A DNA stretch of 63,934 nucleotides, filler included, from Reclinomonas americana ATCC 50394 (GCA_048213135.1; 15 parts of 15 records of this genome joined end to end with filler, not necessarily neighbours in it), one strand, 5' to 3'. Counted from the whole stretch's first letter, positions 1 to 13,600 are shown. Numbers and translations are program-made. Notes: generated from the sequence alone by a model not told the origin.

Positions 1-141
1 GGTAGGACGACCGTTACGGTCGTCGCGTACGAAGTACGGCGGTCGGTCGGTCGGTCGGCGGAGTAGTCTGTGTCGTACGTGTGTCGATGTGAGTGTGTGA
101 GAGAGAGAGAGAGAGAGAGAGAATAGCAGCATTGTGTAGTC

Positions 142-179
<38 letters not shown>

Positions 180-207
180 CGTGCATTGATGATTGTTTTG
201 TTGTCAG

Positions 208-2231
208 GATTTGTGTTCTCCGGATTTCGTGCTGTGTGCCAGCGAGCTGCATCACTTGTGTCGGTGAGTGAGGGAGCGAGAGAAGGCAGCGCGCTGGCTT
301 GCTTGACTCTCTCATTGTGGCAATGATTGCCAGTGAGCATGTGACGCAGAGTGGATCGGATCTGTGTGGCGACGGAATCACATCGCACGCCACGTTGAAG
401 GAGGCACCACGACGACTCCAACTCATGTACACCAACATAAAGGTTGCGTTGTTGTTGTCTATTGATGCAGAGTGCATCGCCAGTGATGTTGACATGAAAG
501 AGAGCACCACAGATTGCATGCCCGCTGTGCCACGCACCCATGGTTTGTTTGTCATGGAGAGTTGAGTGTCTTGCTTTCTCTCTCCTCACTTGTGGATGAG
601 CAGACGGTGGGCGACTATTACCGCACACATGGCCTCACGCAGTGCCCGCATGCATGCGAGAGGTGTGGACAGCAAATGACATTGGATCGCACGGCAGAGC
701 ATGAGTGGAGTGGATGCTTGCGCGAGTGTCCACTTGGGTGTGGAGCGAGGATGGCGCTGAATGAGATGGTGGAGCACAGCTGGAGTGGGTGCATGCGTGC
801 ATGTCCGCGTGGTTGTGAGCAGCGATGTTCATTGGCGGAGATGCAGAGGCATCTTGGTAAGTGTGCTTGGAGGAGAGAGGTGTTTGTCATGACACTGATG
901 TTTCTCTTGTGACAGAAACGGAGTGCCGACTGCAGCGCACTGTGTGTCGTGGTGGCGAACTTGGGTGTGGATGGCGTGGGATCATTGGTGAGAAGGAGGA
1001 GCATGAGAGATTGTGCGATGTGCTGCGAGTGGAACGACCACTGCGAGAGGTTTGTTGGGTGAGAGGAGATGTGATGAGAATGGATTCACTTGGTTCTGAT
1101 TTCTGGCTCGCATTTGCACAGCTGCATGATCGAGTGCGAGAGCTCTCTCAGCTGGTGGCCGAGAGCAGGGAGCAACTGGTACAGGAAAGAGAGGCGAGGC
1201 AAGCTGAGGTGCAGGCTGCCCGTGAGCAAATAATCGACTGCGTGGGGATGCTCGTCGAGTGCCGCCAGCAACTGGCTGATGAACGACAAGCGAGACAAGC
1301 CACAGACGAGCAACTTGCTTCTGAGCGTCGCATGCGTGAAGCTCTGGAGAGAGGCGTTGCTGAGGTCTGATTGTGGCTGTCAGCGGATTTTTAGGTGCAA
1401 TGCTCCTCTCCTTACTTTACCTTTTATCTATCTGCAGCTGCTCGCCCGTCTCGAACCGCTGGAGACGCGTGAACGAGCGTTCCTGGAGCGAGAGGCGGCG
1501 GAACGCGAGCGGCAGGCTAGAGAGCGAGAGGAGCGGGAGCAGCAGGCCAGGGAAGTAGAGGAGCGGGAGCGGGAGGCCAGAGAGCGAGAGGAGCGCGAGC
1601 GAGCGGAGAGGAAGATTGATAGCGATCTTCTGGATGCAGCGGATGGCGAGTGGTGTTGGAGTGGGTGCAGCAAGCGAGAGGTGGCGGTGGGAGTGTGCCA
1701 AAGCTGACGTTGCTGTTCAAGGGCAGTCGAGATGGATTCAAGGCAGCCACATTCCATCAGCGGTGTGACAATCGTGGGTGAGTGGGAGACTGCTTGTTGT
1801 GCTCGATGACGTACGAGTTAGTTATCGTGCGCAGAGCGACGCTGACGGTGATAAAGTCATCGACTGGACGAGTGTGTGGCGGATACACGCCGGTCTCGTG
1901 GCAGACTGGCACCGCTGGTGGCGTTTATGCCGCCGATCCATCTGGCACAAGCTTCCTGTTCTCGGCATCGTGGAGTGGTACAAGTGCGCGACGCTTTGCG
2001 CTGAGGGATGATCAGAAACAAAGTGCCCTTTGGCATAACTCTGGAATCGGACCTACCTATGGACGAGGCCATGATCTTATTTTATATGACAGCTGCAACA
2101 GGAACAGTGACAGCGGCAGCAATCTTCCATTTACGTATCAGAGCACTGATGGTGGAGCTTGTAACGATGCGACACTGATGGGTACGCGCAAATTCCAAGT
2201 GGCCGACTACGAAGTCTTCCTCGTTGAATGA
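208..2231 (+). pseudogene. RING-like/TRAF-type zinc finger, coiled-coil, TLDc protein, copy A (5' exon missing; apparent 1-nt frameshift before TLDc)
   Basis: Spliced exons read DLCSPDFVLCASELHHLCR / EHVTQSGSDLCGD / IACPLCHAPM / CPHACERC..HEWSGCLRECPLGC..., then a coiled coil and TLDc motifs (LLFKGSRDGF..FHQRCDNRG, GGYTPVSW, SFLFS, GPTYGRGHDL, ADYEVF). At ~1645 it reads gatggcgagtgg versus gatgggcgagtgg in copy C, which shifts the frame to a stop at 1707. This could be a sequencing error. Confidence 0.7.
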
Positions 2232-2388
2232 ACAAGAGAAGCAATCACTGCCGGCACCGCCTGCAATCCACAGCGCTAGAATGATGTGCTTCATTCCTCA
2301 GTGCAGATTTGCAATTCTTTACTGACGAGACATTGTCCCACACTTGCGTCCCCCACCGTCTTTGCAATTGTTCCGTGTTTCGTTGAGA

Positions 2389-4860
2389 ATGGGTTTCGAA
2401 GACGGTGGAGCTCGAGATGAAGGCAGTGGATCTTGCTTCACTGTTCCACCATCTCCTCCAGTTGCCTCCGCTGATGAGAGTGATATTGCTTTCGAGCAGC
2501 AAGTGATGCGACTCTCTGGCCATGGTGGCGATAGTGCAGCGGAGCAATACGTGTTCTGTGTGGTGCACACCGCACATCATCGACGGCCGTCGGAAGTGGA
2601 CGGAGACAAGGGGAATGTGCAGCCTCCGCGTTTGTGGATGGAGCAAGTCGCTGCGGAGTCGCGGGCGCTTGCAGAGGAATACGTGTGTTCCGTGTGCACG
2701 GTGAGTGTTTCTTCGTGTGTGCGTGGATTGCAAACGACGTCGACATTGACAATATCACCATGCGCTGCGCTGATAGGACCTGTGTGCTCCGGATTTCGTG
2801 CTGTGTGCCAGCGAGCTGCATCACTTGTGTCGGTGAGTACTGGTGAGAAAGGCAATGCGCTGGCTTGCTTGACTCACTCATGTGGCAATAATTGCCAGTG
2901 AGCATGTGACGGAGAGTGGATCGGATCTATGTGGCGATGGAGTCACGTCTCTCGCCACGTTGAAGGAGGCACCACGACGACTCCAGCTCATGTATAGTAA
3001 CATGAAGGTTGTGTGTGGTTTTCTATTGCTGCCGAGTACATCGCCAGTGATGCTGACATGGGTGAGCACCACAGATTGAATGCCCGCTATGCCACGCACC
3101 CATGGTTCGTGTTGTAATGGAGAGTTGATTGTCTTGCTTTCTCTCTCCTCACTTGAATGAGAACAGACGGTGGGCGACTATTACCGCACACATGCCTTGA
3201 CGCAGTGCCCGCATGCATGCGAGAGGTGTGGACGGCAGATGACACTGGATCGCACGGCGGAGCATGAATGGAGTGGATGCTTGCGCGAGTGTCCACTCGG
3301 ATGTGGAGCAAAGATGGCACTGTGTGAGATGGTGGAGCACAGCTGGAGTGGGTGCATGCGAGCGTGTCCGCGTGGATGTCAGCAGCTGTGTGCGCTGGCG
3401 GAGATGCAGAGGCATCTTGGTGAGTGTGGTTGTCGGAGAGAGGTGTGTATCATAACACTGACGTTGTGTCTCTTGATGCAGAAACGGAGTGCCGACTGCA
3501 GCGCACTGTGTGTCGTGGTGGCGAACTTGGGTGTGGATGGCGTGGGATCATTGGTGAGAAGGAGGAGCATGAGAGATTGTGCGATGTGCTGCGAGTGGAA
3601 CGACCGCTGCGAGAGGTTTGTTGGTGAAAGGTGTTGTGATGAGAATTTCCCTTGGTTTTCATTTCTGGCTTGTGTGCACAGCTGCATGATCGTGTGCGAG
3701 AACTGTCTGTGATGGTGATCGAGAGCAGAGAGCGCCTCGTCCAGTGCAGCGAGCAGCTGGCATCGGAGAGAGAGGCTAGGCATGTCGCCGACGTCCAGTT
3801 GGCTGAATGTGTAGGCATGCTTGTCGAATGCCGCCAGCAGCTGGTGAGCGAGAAAGAGGCGAGACAAGCCACTGATGAGCAACTTGTCCAGTGCCGTCGA
3901 CAGTTGGCAGATGATCGACAAGCGATACAAGCTACAGATTTACGACTAGCCGCGTGCACTGAGCAACTCGGGTCAGAGCATCGTATCCGCCAATCTCTCT
4001 CTCAAGGAGTTGTTGAGGTCTGCTGTGTGACTCGGCTGCATCTTCTTGTGTCCCCCTCCGACTCTTTGTCGATTTTCAGCTTCTCGGTCGTCTCAAGCCT
4101 CTGGAGGCGCATGTACGAGCGATCCAGGAACGAGAGGCGGTTGAACGTGAGCGGCTCGCAAGAGAGCGAGAGGAGTGCGAGCGTGAGGCCAGGGAGCGTG
4201 AGGAACGCGATTTCGCCGCGAGAAAGATCAACAGCGAACTGCTGACCGAGGCAGATGGAAGAGTGGTGATGCAGTGGATGCAGCAAGCACGAGGTGGCGA
4301 CGGGAATGTGCCCAACTTGACATTGCTGTTCAAGGGCAGTCGAGATGGGTTTGCGGCCGCGACATTCCATCAGCGGTGCGACAATCGTGGGTGTGTGGCT
4401 GTCGGTGGGGGGAGAAAGATTGATATGCCTGTGTGCGTGACGTAAGAAAATTGTGTGCACATGCAGAGCGACGCTGACGATTGCAAAGTCGTCGACGGGG
4501 CGAGCATGTGGGGGGTACACGCCTGTCTCGTGGCAGTCTCCTCCGTCAGCCGCTTACGTCACCGATCCATCCGGCACCAGCTTCCTGTTCTCGGCATCGA
4601 CGAACGGTGCTGGTGTGCGACGCTTTGCGCTGAAGGACGGCAGCAAGCAGAACGCCGTGTATCACCGCTCCGCGTACGGACCGTGCTTTGGCGGTGGACA
4701 TTGCCTCATCTTGTCTGACAGCTGCAACATCAGCAGCACCAGCTACAGTAACCCTTCTTTCTCGCACCAGAGTATCGACGGTGGACCGTGCGACAACACG
4801 ACGTTGATGGGTTCGCAGAACTTCAAAGTGGCCGACTATGAAGTCTTCCTCGTTGAATGA
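2389..4860 (+). CDS. RING-like/TRAF-type zinc finger, coiled-coil, TLDc protein, copy B (multi-exon)
   Basis: ATG at 2389 (MGFEDGG...EEYVCSVCT), with GT-AG introns at positions equivalent to copies A and C. Cys/His zinc fingers, heptad/ER-rich coil, and a complete TLDc domain ending ADYEVFLVE*. Confidence 0.85.
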
Positions 4861-5129
4861 ACAAGAAAAAGCCAATCACTGCCAACAGTCCAACAGTCCT
4901 TTGGGCTGCTGGGATGGAAGCGCTTCATTCACGGTCCCATTCCATGAAATACGGTTTCGCACCTGTTTGCGCGTCTTGCACATCAAGCATACGTGCCAAC
5001 AAACCGTCTGTGGCACTCTCCATACGCAGCACCCATCGATGCGTCACTCTTTGCTTCGCCCTCTCACGAGGAGACGCGTCCTGCACACACATGAATGTCC
5101 TCCACCCATTGTTCCGTGTCTCGTTGAGA

Positions 5130-7624
5130 ATGGGTTTCGAAGACGGCGGAGGCGAAGGCAGTGGATCTGCTCCTCCTCTTCTTCCTCCTCCTCCTGCTGT
5201 TGCTTCAGAGGATAACAGTCAGGTTTTTCTCGAGCAGCAAGTGATGCGACTCAGTGATGGTGAGGAACAATACGTGTTCTGTGTGGTGCGCGCGGTGCAT
5301 CGTCGTCCTCCATCAAAGGAGGTAGAAGAAGAAGAGAAGGGGAAGGATGATGTGAAGGAGCCGCCGCGTTTGTGGATGGAACATGTTGTTGCGGAGTCGC
5401 GAGTGATGGCGGATGAGTATCTGTGTCCAGTGTGCATGGTGAGTGCGTGTTTGAGAGAGATAGAGAGAGAAGAATGCAGCATTGTGAGTCGTTTCTCTCT
5501 CTCTCTCTCTTGTGTGCTTGCATTGATGATTGTTTGTTGTCAGGATCTGTGTGCTCCGGATTTCGTGCTGTGTGCCAGCGAGCTGCATCACTTGTGTCGG
5601 TGAGTACTGGTGAGAAAGGCAATGCGCTGGCTTGCTTTACTCACTCATGTGGCAATAATTGCCAGTGAGCATGTGACGGAGAGTGGATCGGATCTATGTG
5701 GCGATGGAGTCACATCTCACGCCACGTTGAAGGAGGCACCACGACGACTCCAGCTCATGTATGGCAACATGAAGGTTGCGTGTGGGTGTCTATTGATGCA
5801 GAGTGAGTCGCCAGTGATGTTGACATGAGAGAGCGTCACAGATCACATGCCCGCTGTGCCACGCACCAATGGTTTGTGTTTGTCATGGAGAGTTGAGTGT
5901 CTTGCTTTCTCTCTCCTCACTGGTGGATGAGTAGACGGTGGGCGACTATTACCGCACACATAGCCTCACGCAGTGCCCGTATGCATGCGAGAGGTGTGGA
6001 CAGCAGATGACACTGGATCGCACGGCGGAGCATGAGTGGAGTGGATGCTTGCGCGAGTGTCCACTCGGATGTGGAGCAAGAATGGCGCTGAGTGAGATGG
6101 TGGAGCACAGCTGGAGTGGGTGCATGCGAGCGTGTCCGCGTGGATGTCAGCAGCGGTGTGCACTGGCGGAGATGCAGCGGCATCTTGGTGAGTGTGCTTG
6201 GAGGAGAGAGATGTGGAATGATACTGATGTTGTATATCTTTGTTCTGTTGTTGCAGAAACGGAGTGCCGACTGCAGCACACAATGTGTCGTGGTGGGGAA
6301 CTGGGGTGTGGATGGCGTGGTATTGTTGGTGAGAGGGAGGAGCATGAACGAGTGTGTGATGTGCTGCGAGTGGAGCGACCACTGCGGGAGGTGAGTTCGG
6401 TGAGAGTAGATGTGATGAGAATGCACTCTCTTTGTTCTGATTCGAGGCGTGTGTGGGTGCGCAGTTGCACATGCAAGTGCGCGGGCTGTCGCAGCTGGTG
6501 GCCGAAAGCAGAGAGCAGCTGGCTCAAGAGAGGGAGGCAAGACAAGCTGCGGATGAACGCCTTGGTCAATGCAGTCTGCAACTTTTGGATGAGCGGCAGG
6601 CACGACAAGATATGGAGGGGCGACTTATTAGTTGTATGGGGATGCTTGTCGAGTTCTGTCAGCAACTAAAGTCCACAGACGAGCGCCTTAGTGTGTGTAC
6701 CGAACAACTTGCGTCAGAGCGGCGCATGCGCGAAGCTCTCGAGGGAGGTGTTGCTGAGGTCTGCGTTGTCATTGTTAGTGGAATCGACTCCATCTCTCTT
6801 CTCATTCCGTCTCCTATCCATCTGCAGCTTCTTGCTCGTCTCGAGCCGCTGGAGATGCGTGAACGAGCGATCCAGGAACGCGAGGCGGCGGAACGTGAAC
6901 GGCAGGCGAGAGAGCAGGAGGAGCGAGAGCGGCAAGCCAGAGAGCTAGAGGAGCGAGAGCGGCAGGCCAGGGAGCGAGAAGAGCGGGAGCGAGCGGTGTG
7001 GGCGAAGACAAGTGATCTGCTGAGTGCGGTGGATGGGCGAGTGGTGCTGCAATGGGTGCAGCAGGCGCGTGGCGGTGGGAGTGTGCCCAAGCTGACGTTG
7101 CTGTTCAAGGGCAGTCGAGATGGATTCAGGGTAACCACATTCCATCAGCGGTGTGACAATCGTGGGTGAGTGATTGCGGAAATGAGAAGGAGAGCACGGT
7201 GTGCTTGATAATTGATGGATGAGTGACTGTTTGCAGAGCGACACTGACTGTGGCCAAATCGTCGACGGGACGAGTGTGTGGTGGATACACGCCTGTGTCG
7301 TGGCAGTCTGCGGGCAGCTATATTGCGGATCCATCTGGCACAAGCTTCTTGTTCTCCGCGTCGTGGAGTGGGGCAACTGCGCGACGCTTTTCACTGACGG
7401 ACGATGGGAAACAATATGCCGTGAATCACTACTCTGGGCATGGGCCTACATTCGGAGATGGACACGACTTTCGCTTGCTTGACAACTGCGACAGCAACAC
7501 CGATAGCAACAGCAACCTTGGGAACTCTTACCAGAGCACCGACGGCGCTGCATGCGACAACACGACCCTGATGGGATCGTATAACTTCCAAGTGGCCGAC
7601 TACGAAGTCTTCCTCGTCGAATGA
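5130..7624 (+). CDS. RING-like/TRAF-type zinc finger, coiled-coil, TLDc protein, copy C (multi-exon)
   Basis: ATG at 5130 (MGFEDGG...DEYLCPVCM), same exon structure as copy B. TLDc motifs LLFKGSRDGF, GGYTPVSW, GPTFGDGHDF, ADYEVFLVE*. Starts 2741 nt after the ATG of copy B. Confidence 0.85.
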
Positions 7625-7657
7625 ATTCAGTTCTGCAAGCTCAACAACAACAACAAA

Positions 7658-7893
7658 TTCATTCACAACAAACAAGCAACAGCTGTCTTGATGACCAAGT
7701 TCAATCGTATCCAAAACATCAACACAGACACCAATCTTGAGGCAGCAGCAGGTTTCTTGTGTGTGTGTGTTCGCTCTCGGAGCTCCGAACAAGTCGAGAA
7801 CGGCGATCTTCACCGCATAAGGGTGGTTGACCAGTGGATTTGATGCACTTGCATATAGTGTTTTCTGCGATCGTACACGGCACATCGAATTCG
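7658..7893. repeat. Dispersed ~230-bp repeat, copy 1
   Basis: Aligns by eye with 43035-43258 (aacaaacaagcaacagctgtcttgatgaccaagttcaa...gacaccaatcttgaggcagcagcagg...gagctccgaacaagtcga...ttttctgcgatcgtacacggca). Confidence 0.85.
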
Positions 7894-8427
7894 GGAAAAG
7901 GCCATAAGCCAGGCAAACAAAGCAAAGCCGGGTCCTACTTGTTGAGTTCCGAGAGCGAATGCACAAGAAAACTGCCACGGTCTTCGAGACTGGTGTTGGA
8001 TATGACATCAAGACAAATGTTGCTTGTTTGTTGACGATAATTGGAAGTTTGCATGATTTCAGACAAAATTGTTGGACAAAATATCAGTTTTAATCACTCC
8101 AAGCCCTTCTGCCACACCCCACCATGAATCCAGTGCAGCTGGCATACGAGATACACAACACGTACACACCTGCGTAGTGCGTCTGCATCCACATTACTGT
8201 CGATTTTACTGAACGAATGTGAAAGCGATAACCGTCGATTTTTCCATTTTCAGTTCACATTTGTGTGAGAGTGGAACAAGTACGTCTGCTCGACCAGAGA
8301 GAGGGTTGCAAAGAGATAACAAACATGTGGGACGACTATGGGCCATCGCGATATCATCCCGAGGCGGTGGAGGGAGCGAGGTGAGAAGAAAAAGAGACAG
8401 AGAGAGAGAGAGAGCGAGAGAGAAAGA

Positions 8428-8458
<31 letters not shown>

Positions 8459-8901
8459 GGAGAGGTGTGTGTGTGTGTATGTGTGTATGTGTGTGTGAGA
8501 GAGGGACGGAAATGAGGGAAAGAGTGAGGAGAGAGGTAATGGGAGGAGAATGATCACTTGTCACTGATGCAACTCACACTCACTCACACTCAATCACTCT
8601 CTCTCTCTCTCTCTCTCTCGCACACACGCTCGCACGCACTCACACACTCCTCAACATTGCACACTCTCTTTCTCACTCACTCACTCTCACTTGCGCACAC
8701 TCTCTTACAATTTGCACACCAGGTGTCACCTTAGTCGTCTTAAACTTAGACGACGATTTGCACTCACTCCACTCACTCCACTCACTGCACTCACTCTTCT
8801 CTCCTTCTCCTCTCTCCCCACAATCCTGTCACGATCCTGTCACTCCTTGTCGTATTCCCACCCTTCCCCCCTGTTCCCTCCCTCCTTGCAGAGTCGCCCG
8901 C

Positions 8902-9970
8902 ATGTTCGACCTCGGCACCGCCGCACCCATCATTGGCCGCTTCCGCAAATCCTTCTGCAACCCATCTCTGACACAGCAGGGATGGGCGCTCGAGCGCACC
9001 CTCGAAGACGTGCGCGAAGTCGGCGTGCAAGTCGTCTGCCTGGACGAGGCTGTTATTCCCTTTTCCCTGTTGCCTGACGATGAGCTGGTGCCGGTGTGCT
9101 CGGTGGGCGAGAATCGGTGAGTTTTAATGGCAAAAGGGAGTTTGCATGCTCATCCTCCCAACTCTTCTTCCCGTTGCTGCACTCGTTGAACCTGTTGGTG
9201 CTGCAGTCGTTGTTTCTCTTCTCCTGCAGCTCCTCTTCTTCATAATCTTCGTTCGTTACTGTCGCTCTTGCCTCACACTCCTCGTCCTCTTTTGTTGCTT
9301 GATGGATGTTGGAGAGTTGACTGCGAGTGTTGTGCATTCCCGTGTTGCTCGAGTGTCGAGCGCCATTTGTCGCGATGTCACCTTGTCTACTCACTCTCGT
9401 CAAACATTCTCTGCTTACTTGCATCCGTTGTTCGTGTTGCGATATTCTTGTCGTCACTGTTGCCGCAACTGCTGTTGTTCTTTTTCCCCATGTTGCTATC
9501 ACTATCCTTCCTTTCATCGTGCTTGCAGTATGCTCCTGTCTCTGCATCCTCGTGCCCCTTTATTCTTCTTCTCCTCCTCCTTCCTTCTTCTTCGTCTCCT
9601 CCTCCTCCTCCTCCTCCTCCTTCTTCTTCTCCTCCCCTTTCTTCCACCCTTCTCACCCCCTCCTCCCTCCCTCCCTCCTCACAGCTCACAAGTCCTCTTT
9701 CGCGTCCTCCACGACATGATACAAGACCTCCCCGTGTTCTCCGGCCGAGTTGCGCCCTCCCTGCCCCATCTCTCACCCCACCTCGTTCATCGCTCACACC
9801 CACTCGCAGTTGCTACCACCGCACGCCGCCGACACCAAACTCGACGCCTTTTGTTCGCGCTTCGAGACGTTTTTGATGCCCACGAAGACCGACCCCGAAT
9901 TCGACGGCTTTGTCGAGGCATTTGGAGTGCCACGACAGCCGATTTTCGGCGAGGAGGCGTTCCCAGAGGT
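8902..9970 (+). CDS. Hypothetical protein with CX5R(S) phosphatase-like loop (partial, 3' end lost at contig end)
   Basis: Joining exons 8902-9116, 9685-9748 and ~9810-9970 gives MFDLGT...VPVCSVGENR|SQVLFRVLHDMIQDLPVFSGR|LLPPHAADTKLDAF...; splice phases are compatible. Confidence 0.55.
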
Positions 9971-10114
9971 GGGTCACTTTGACGGTAGCAGAGAACATGC
10001 ACCCGTTGCTGTATGTCGCTGCTGTGTCTTGTCTGTCTGTCTTCTTATTCTACGAGTTCCGTTCTCCTTGTGTTGACCTTGTCTTTACTCCACTGTCTCT
10101 CCCTGCCATTTCCC

Positions 10115-10528
<414 letters not shown>

Positions 10529-10698
10529 TGTGTGTGTGTGTCTCCCCCTTCTGCCTCTCTCTCCTCCCTCTTGCCCTCCTCCCCTCTCCTTCCCCTCTCA
10601 TCACATTTTCTGATCACCTCTTCACTTTTCCAGCCACCACACTCAACAAACCCTCTCCCGCCGCCCGCATACCCCCCAAAAGAAACGCGCTCAAGATG

Positions 10699-13600
10699 TC
10701 ACCGGTAGCGCACGGTCGACATCGGCTGCGGACTGGTAATCGTCCGCGACGATGCGGACGACGACTGCGACTGCTGCGACGGCGGTGGGTCCGTGTACAA
10801 ATCGATCGTCGACCGCACCAACACCGGTCCACCACCGTAGCGCTCGCAGAAAAAGTCCCACACCTGCGGAGAGCAGCGAGTGAGTAACCCATGGTGCGCT
10901 CTTCTGCCTTCTCAGGCTTCCCCTTATCCCTCCCTTCCCCACCCTTCCCCCCCTACGCACCCTCCGATTCACACCGCGATAATCCACGGCCTTTTGCAAA
11001 CCCCTCTTCGGCGCCCCATTCGGCGCCAACAACTGGTCGTTCAGGATCGCTCCCGGCAGCTCATTCGTCTCCTCATTCACAAACATCTTCCACCGATTCA
11101 GCCAGTACGATGAGATAATGAACCACTCGTTCGGCTGGTTGTGCTTGTCGAGCTCCACAATGGCCTCGCGCTCCTCCTGCAAGGCGAAGGGGATGAGGCA
11201 TAGCACGAGGAGGAAGAGGGAAACGGCGGTGGCACCTTTCTCCGTTGCGCCAGTGCCTCGCGGACCCGCTCACACTCGACACACTTGGAGAGCGTGCGCA
11301 GCTGATCGGGGAAGCCACCGAACGTGTCCACCACGCGATCGAACACGGAGCGCGGGATGCGCGAAAACAGCTGGTCGGGGTTGATGGAGCGCTGGTCGAA
11401 GCGGCCGTGCGGGCACATCGGGTAGTCCACCAGGTCCAGCTGCGCGGGGGGAAATGAGGACAAGGGAGGCAGGTGGAGTAGAGGGAAAGGGGGGGAACTG
11501 ACACGGATGAACGGATCCAGGCGACGAGAGAAGAAAGGAACAATGAGTGCTCATTTTTGCGGGAATATGTGCGAGAGTACAGCGAGAGAGAAAGCAACAG
11601 TAAGATAGAGAGAAAATCAGACAGATGAACGGAGCGAGTGTGCATTGAGTTTCTGAACAGGCAAACGAAATCCAAGAGAGAAGGAAAGAACAGTGAGTGC
11701 AAGAGCGAGTGGAGGCCTGAGAGAGAGAGAGAGAGAAAAGAAAGAAAAGAGAGAGAATGAGAAGGAAAAACGGAACGAGTGTGTATCACTGTGTTTCAAC
11801 ATGGGCGAGAGAAAATGTCAAAATCGAACGAGAAAGATGGAACAATCAGCGCTCTTCTCTGTATGCACATGTGCGAGAGCGAGAGAGAGAGAAGGGGGGA
11901 GACAGCGAGAGCAAGAAGCACTAAAAGTGAGTGAGAGCGAATGAGCCCGTGAGTTTCGGCATGTGTGCTTTCCTGCTCACGAGTGCGCAAGAGAAGGAAC
12001 GAAACTGCACGAATGACTCAGAGACAGAGTGGGTGCGCGCGTGAGGAGGGACGAGTACGACGACGCAGAGAGAAGAAAAGACAATTTATAAGTGACAGCA
12101 TGCATCCCCGTAACACTCACCACCGGACCCGGGTTGGCCAACTCGTCAAACTTGATCTTCCACATCTTGGAGATATACACCGATGACTCGGCGGCACTCT
12201 GCTGCTCCCACGCACGCTGCAACATGCGCCGTCTCTCAACGGCCAGGTCGTCGTTGCGGCGGTAGAACAGAATGTATGCCTGCGAGGAGGGTGGAATGAG
12301 ACTCGAAACACCGACACGAAGATGAAAGCACAGACAACATTTCCAGCTCGTGCTTGTGAGAGGAGCAGAAAGGAACACGGGCATGTGAAAGACAACTCGC
12401 CACTTTCTCCTTCCATCGTGCCCCTGATCCTCTTGCAGAGCTCTTTTTTCTCTTTTCCTGTACGCTTTGCGTTTGAACATCTCTTCTAGCACTCTTGTTT
12501 CTCTTGGTCAATTTGCTGCTTCTCCCTCCACTGTCCGTCCCTAAAAGTCTCTCTCGTGCTGTCCCCTCCCCGCCTCTAACGCAGACTCTTTATTCTCTGT
12601 CTATCATATCCTCCCGCTTTCTTTTGCATATACCACTCTCCTGGTTGTCTCATTTCTAACTCTCTTTCAAACCGTTGCGTCTCTCTTCCTCTCTCCGTCC
12701 CTCAGCGTCTCTCGTACTGTCTGTTCGTCGCCTCTTTCTATAACCCTTCTTTCTCCCTCATCTCTTCGTTCTCTGACTTTCTCCTCCTCGCTTCATTTTC
12801 TCACTTGCTCTCTTCTCTCGTGCTTCTCTGCCCCCACCGCTTCTCTCGTGCTTCTCTGCCCCCACCGCTTCTCTCAGATGCTTTCTTTCTCCCTCATCTC
12901 TTCGTTCTCTCACTTTCTCCCCCGCGCTTCATTCTCTCACTTACTCTCTTCTTTCGTGCTTCTCTGTTGTCTCCCATCATGTCTCCCGCCCCCATCGCTT
13001 CTTTCTAGTCCCTTCTTTGTCCCTCATTTCTTCGTTCTCTTGACTTTCTCGTGCTTCTGTGTCTCTTTCTCCTACTCTCCAGATTCCTTTCTTTCGCTTG
13101 CTCTTCAGCCTCTTTCTTTCTTTTCTCACTCACTCTCTCTTTTCCTCTTTCCCTTTCCCTCCCTCTCCTTCCCCCCCTCTCACCTGACTCGACAACGCAT
13201 CCTCCGGCGACGCCGAGTACACGCGAGAATCGTCACACATGAGCCACTGATCCTGCGTGCAATGCCGCACGTACGACGTGTAGTGACCACCTGCCAACAC
13301 CACCACAGTCAGCCAACAGCGGACGCCCGCAAAGCGCAACACATGCACACACCGCCAAAGCTTCCATGATGATTGATCACGCCATACAGCTCGTACAGTG
13401 CTTGACCCTCCTGTTGACAAAGAGATGATGAGCAAACGCCATTATTTCACTCTCACGCCGATATTTCCTATCGCGCACACACGCACACACAGTGCTAAAA
13501 GCCACCAACGCCCGGCTTTCTCTCCTCTCTCTTACGGACTGGAGATACAACATAATGCCTTATCACTCTTCTCTCTCAGAGCTGCGCGTTCTCAAAACCA

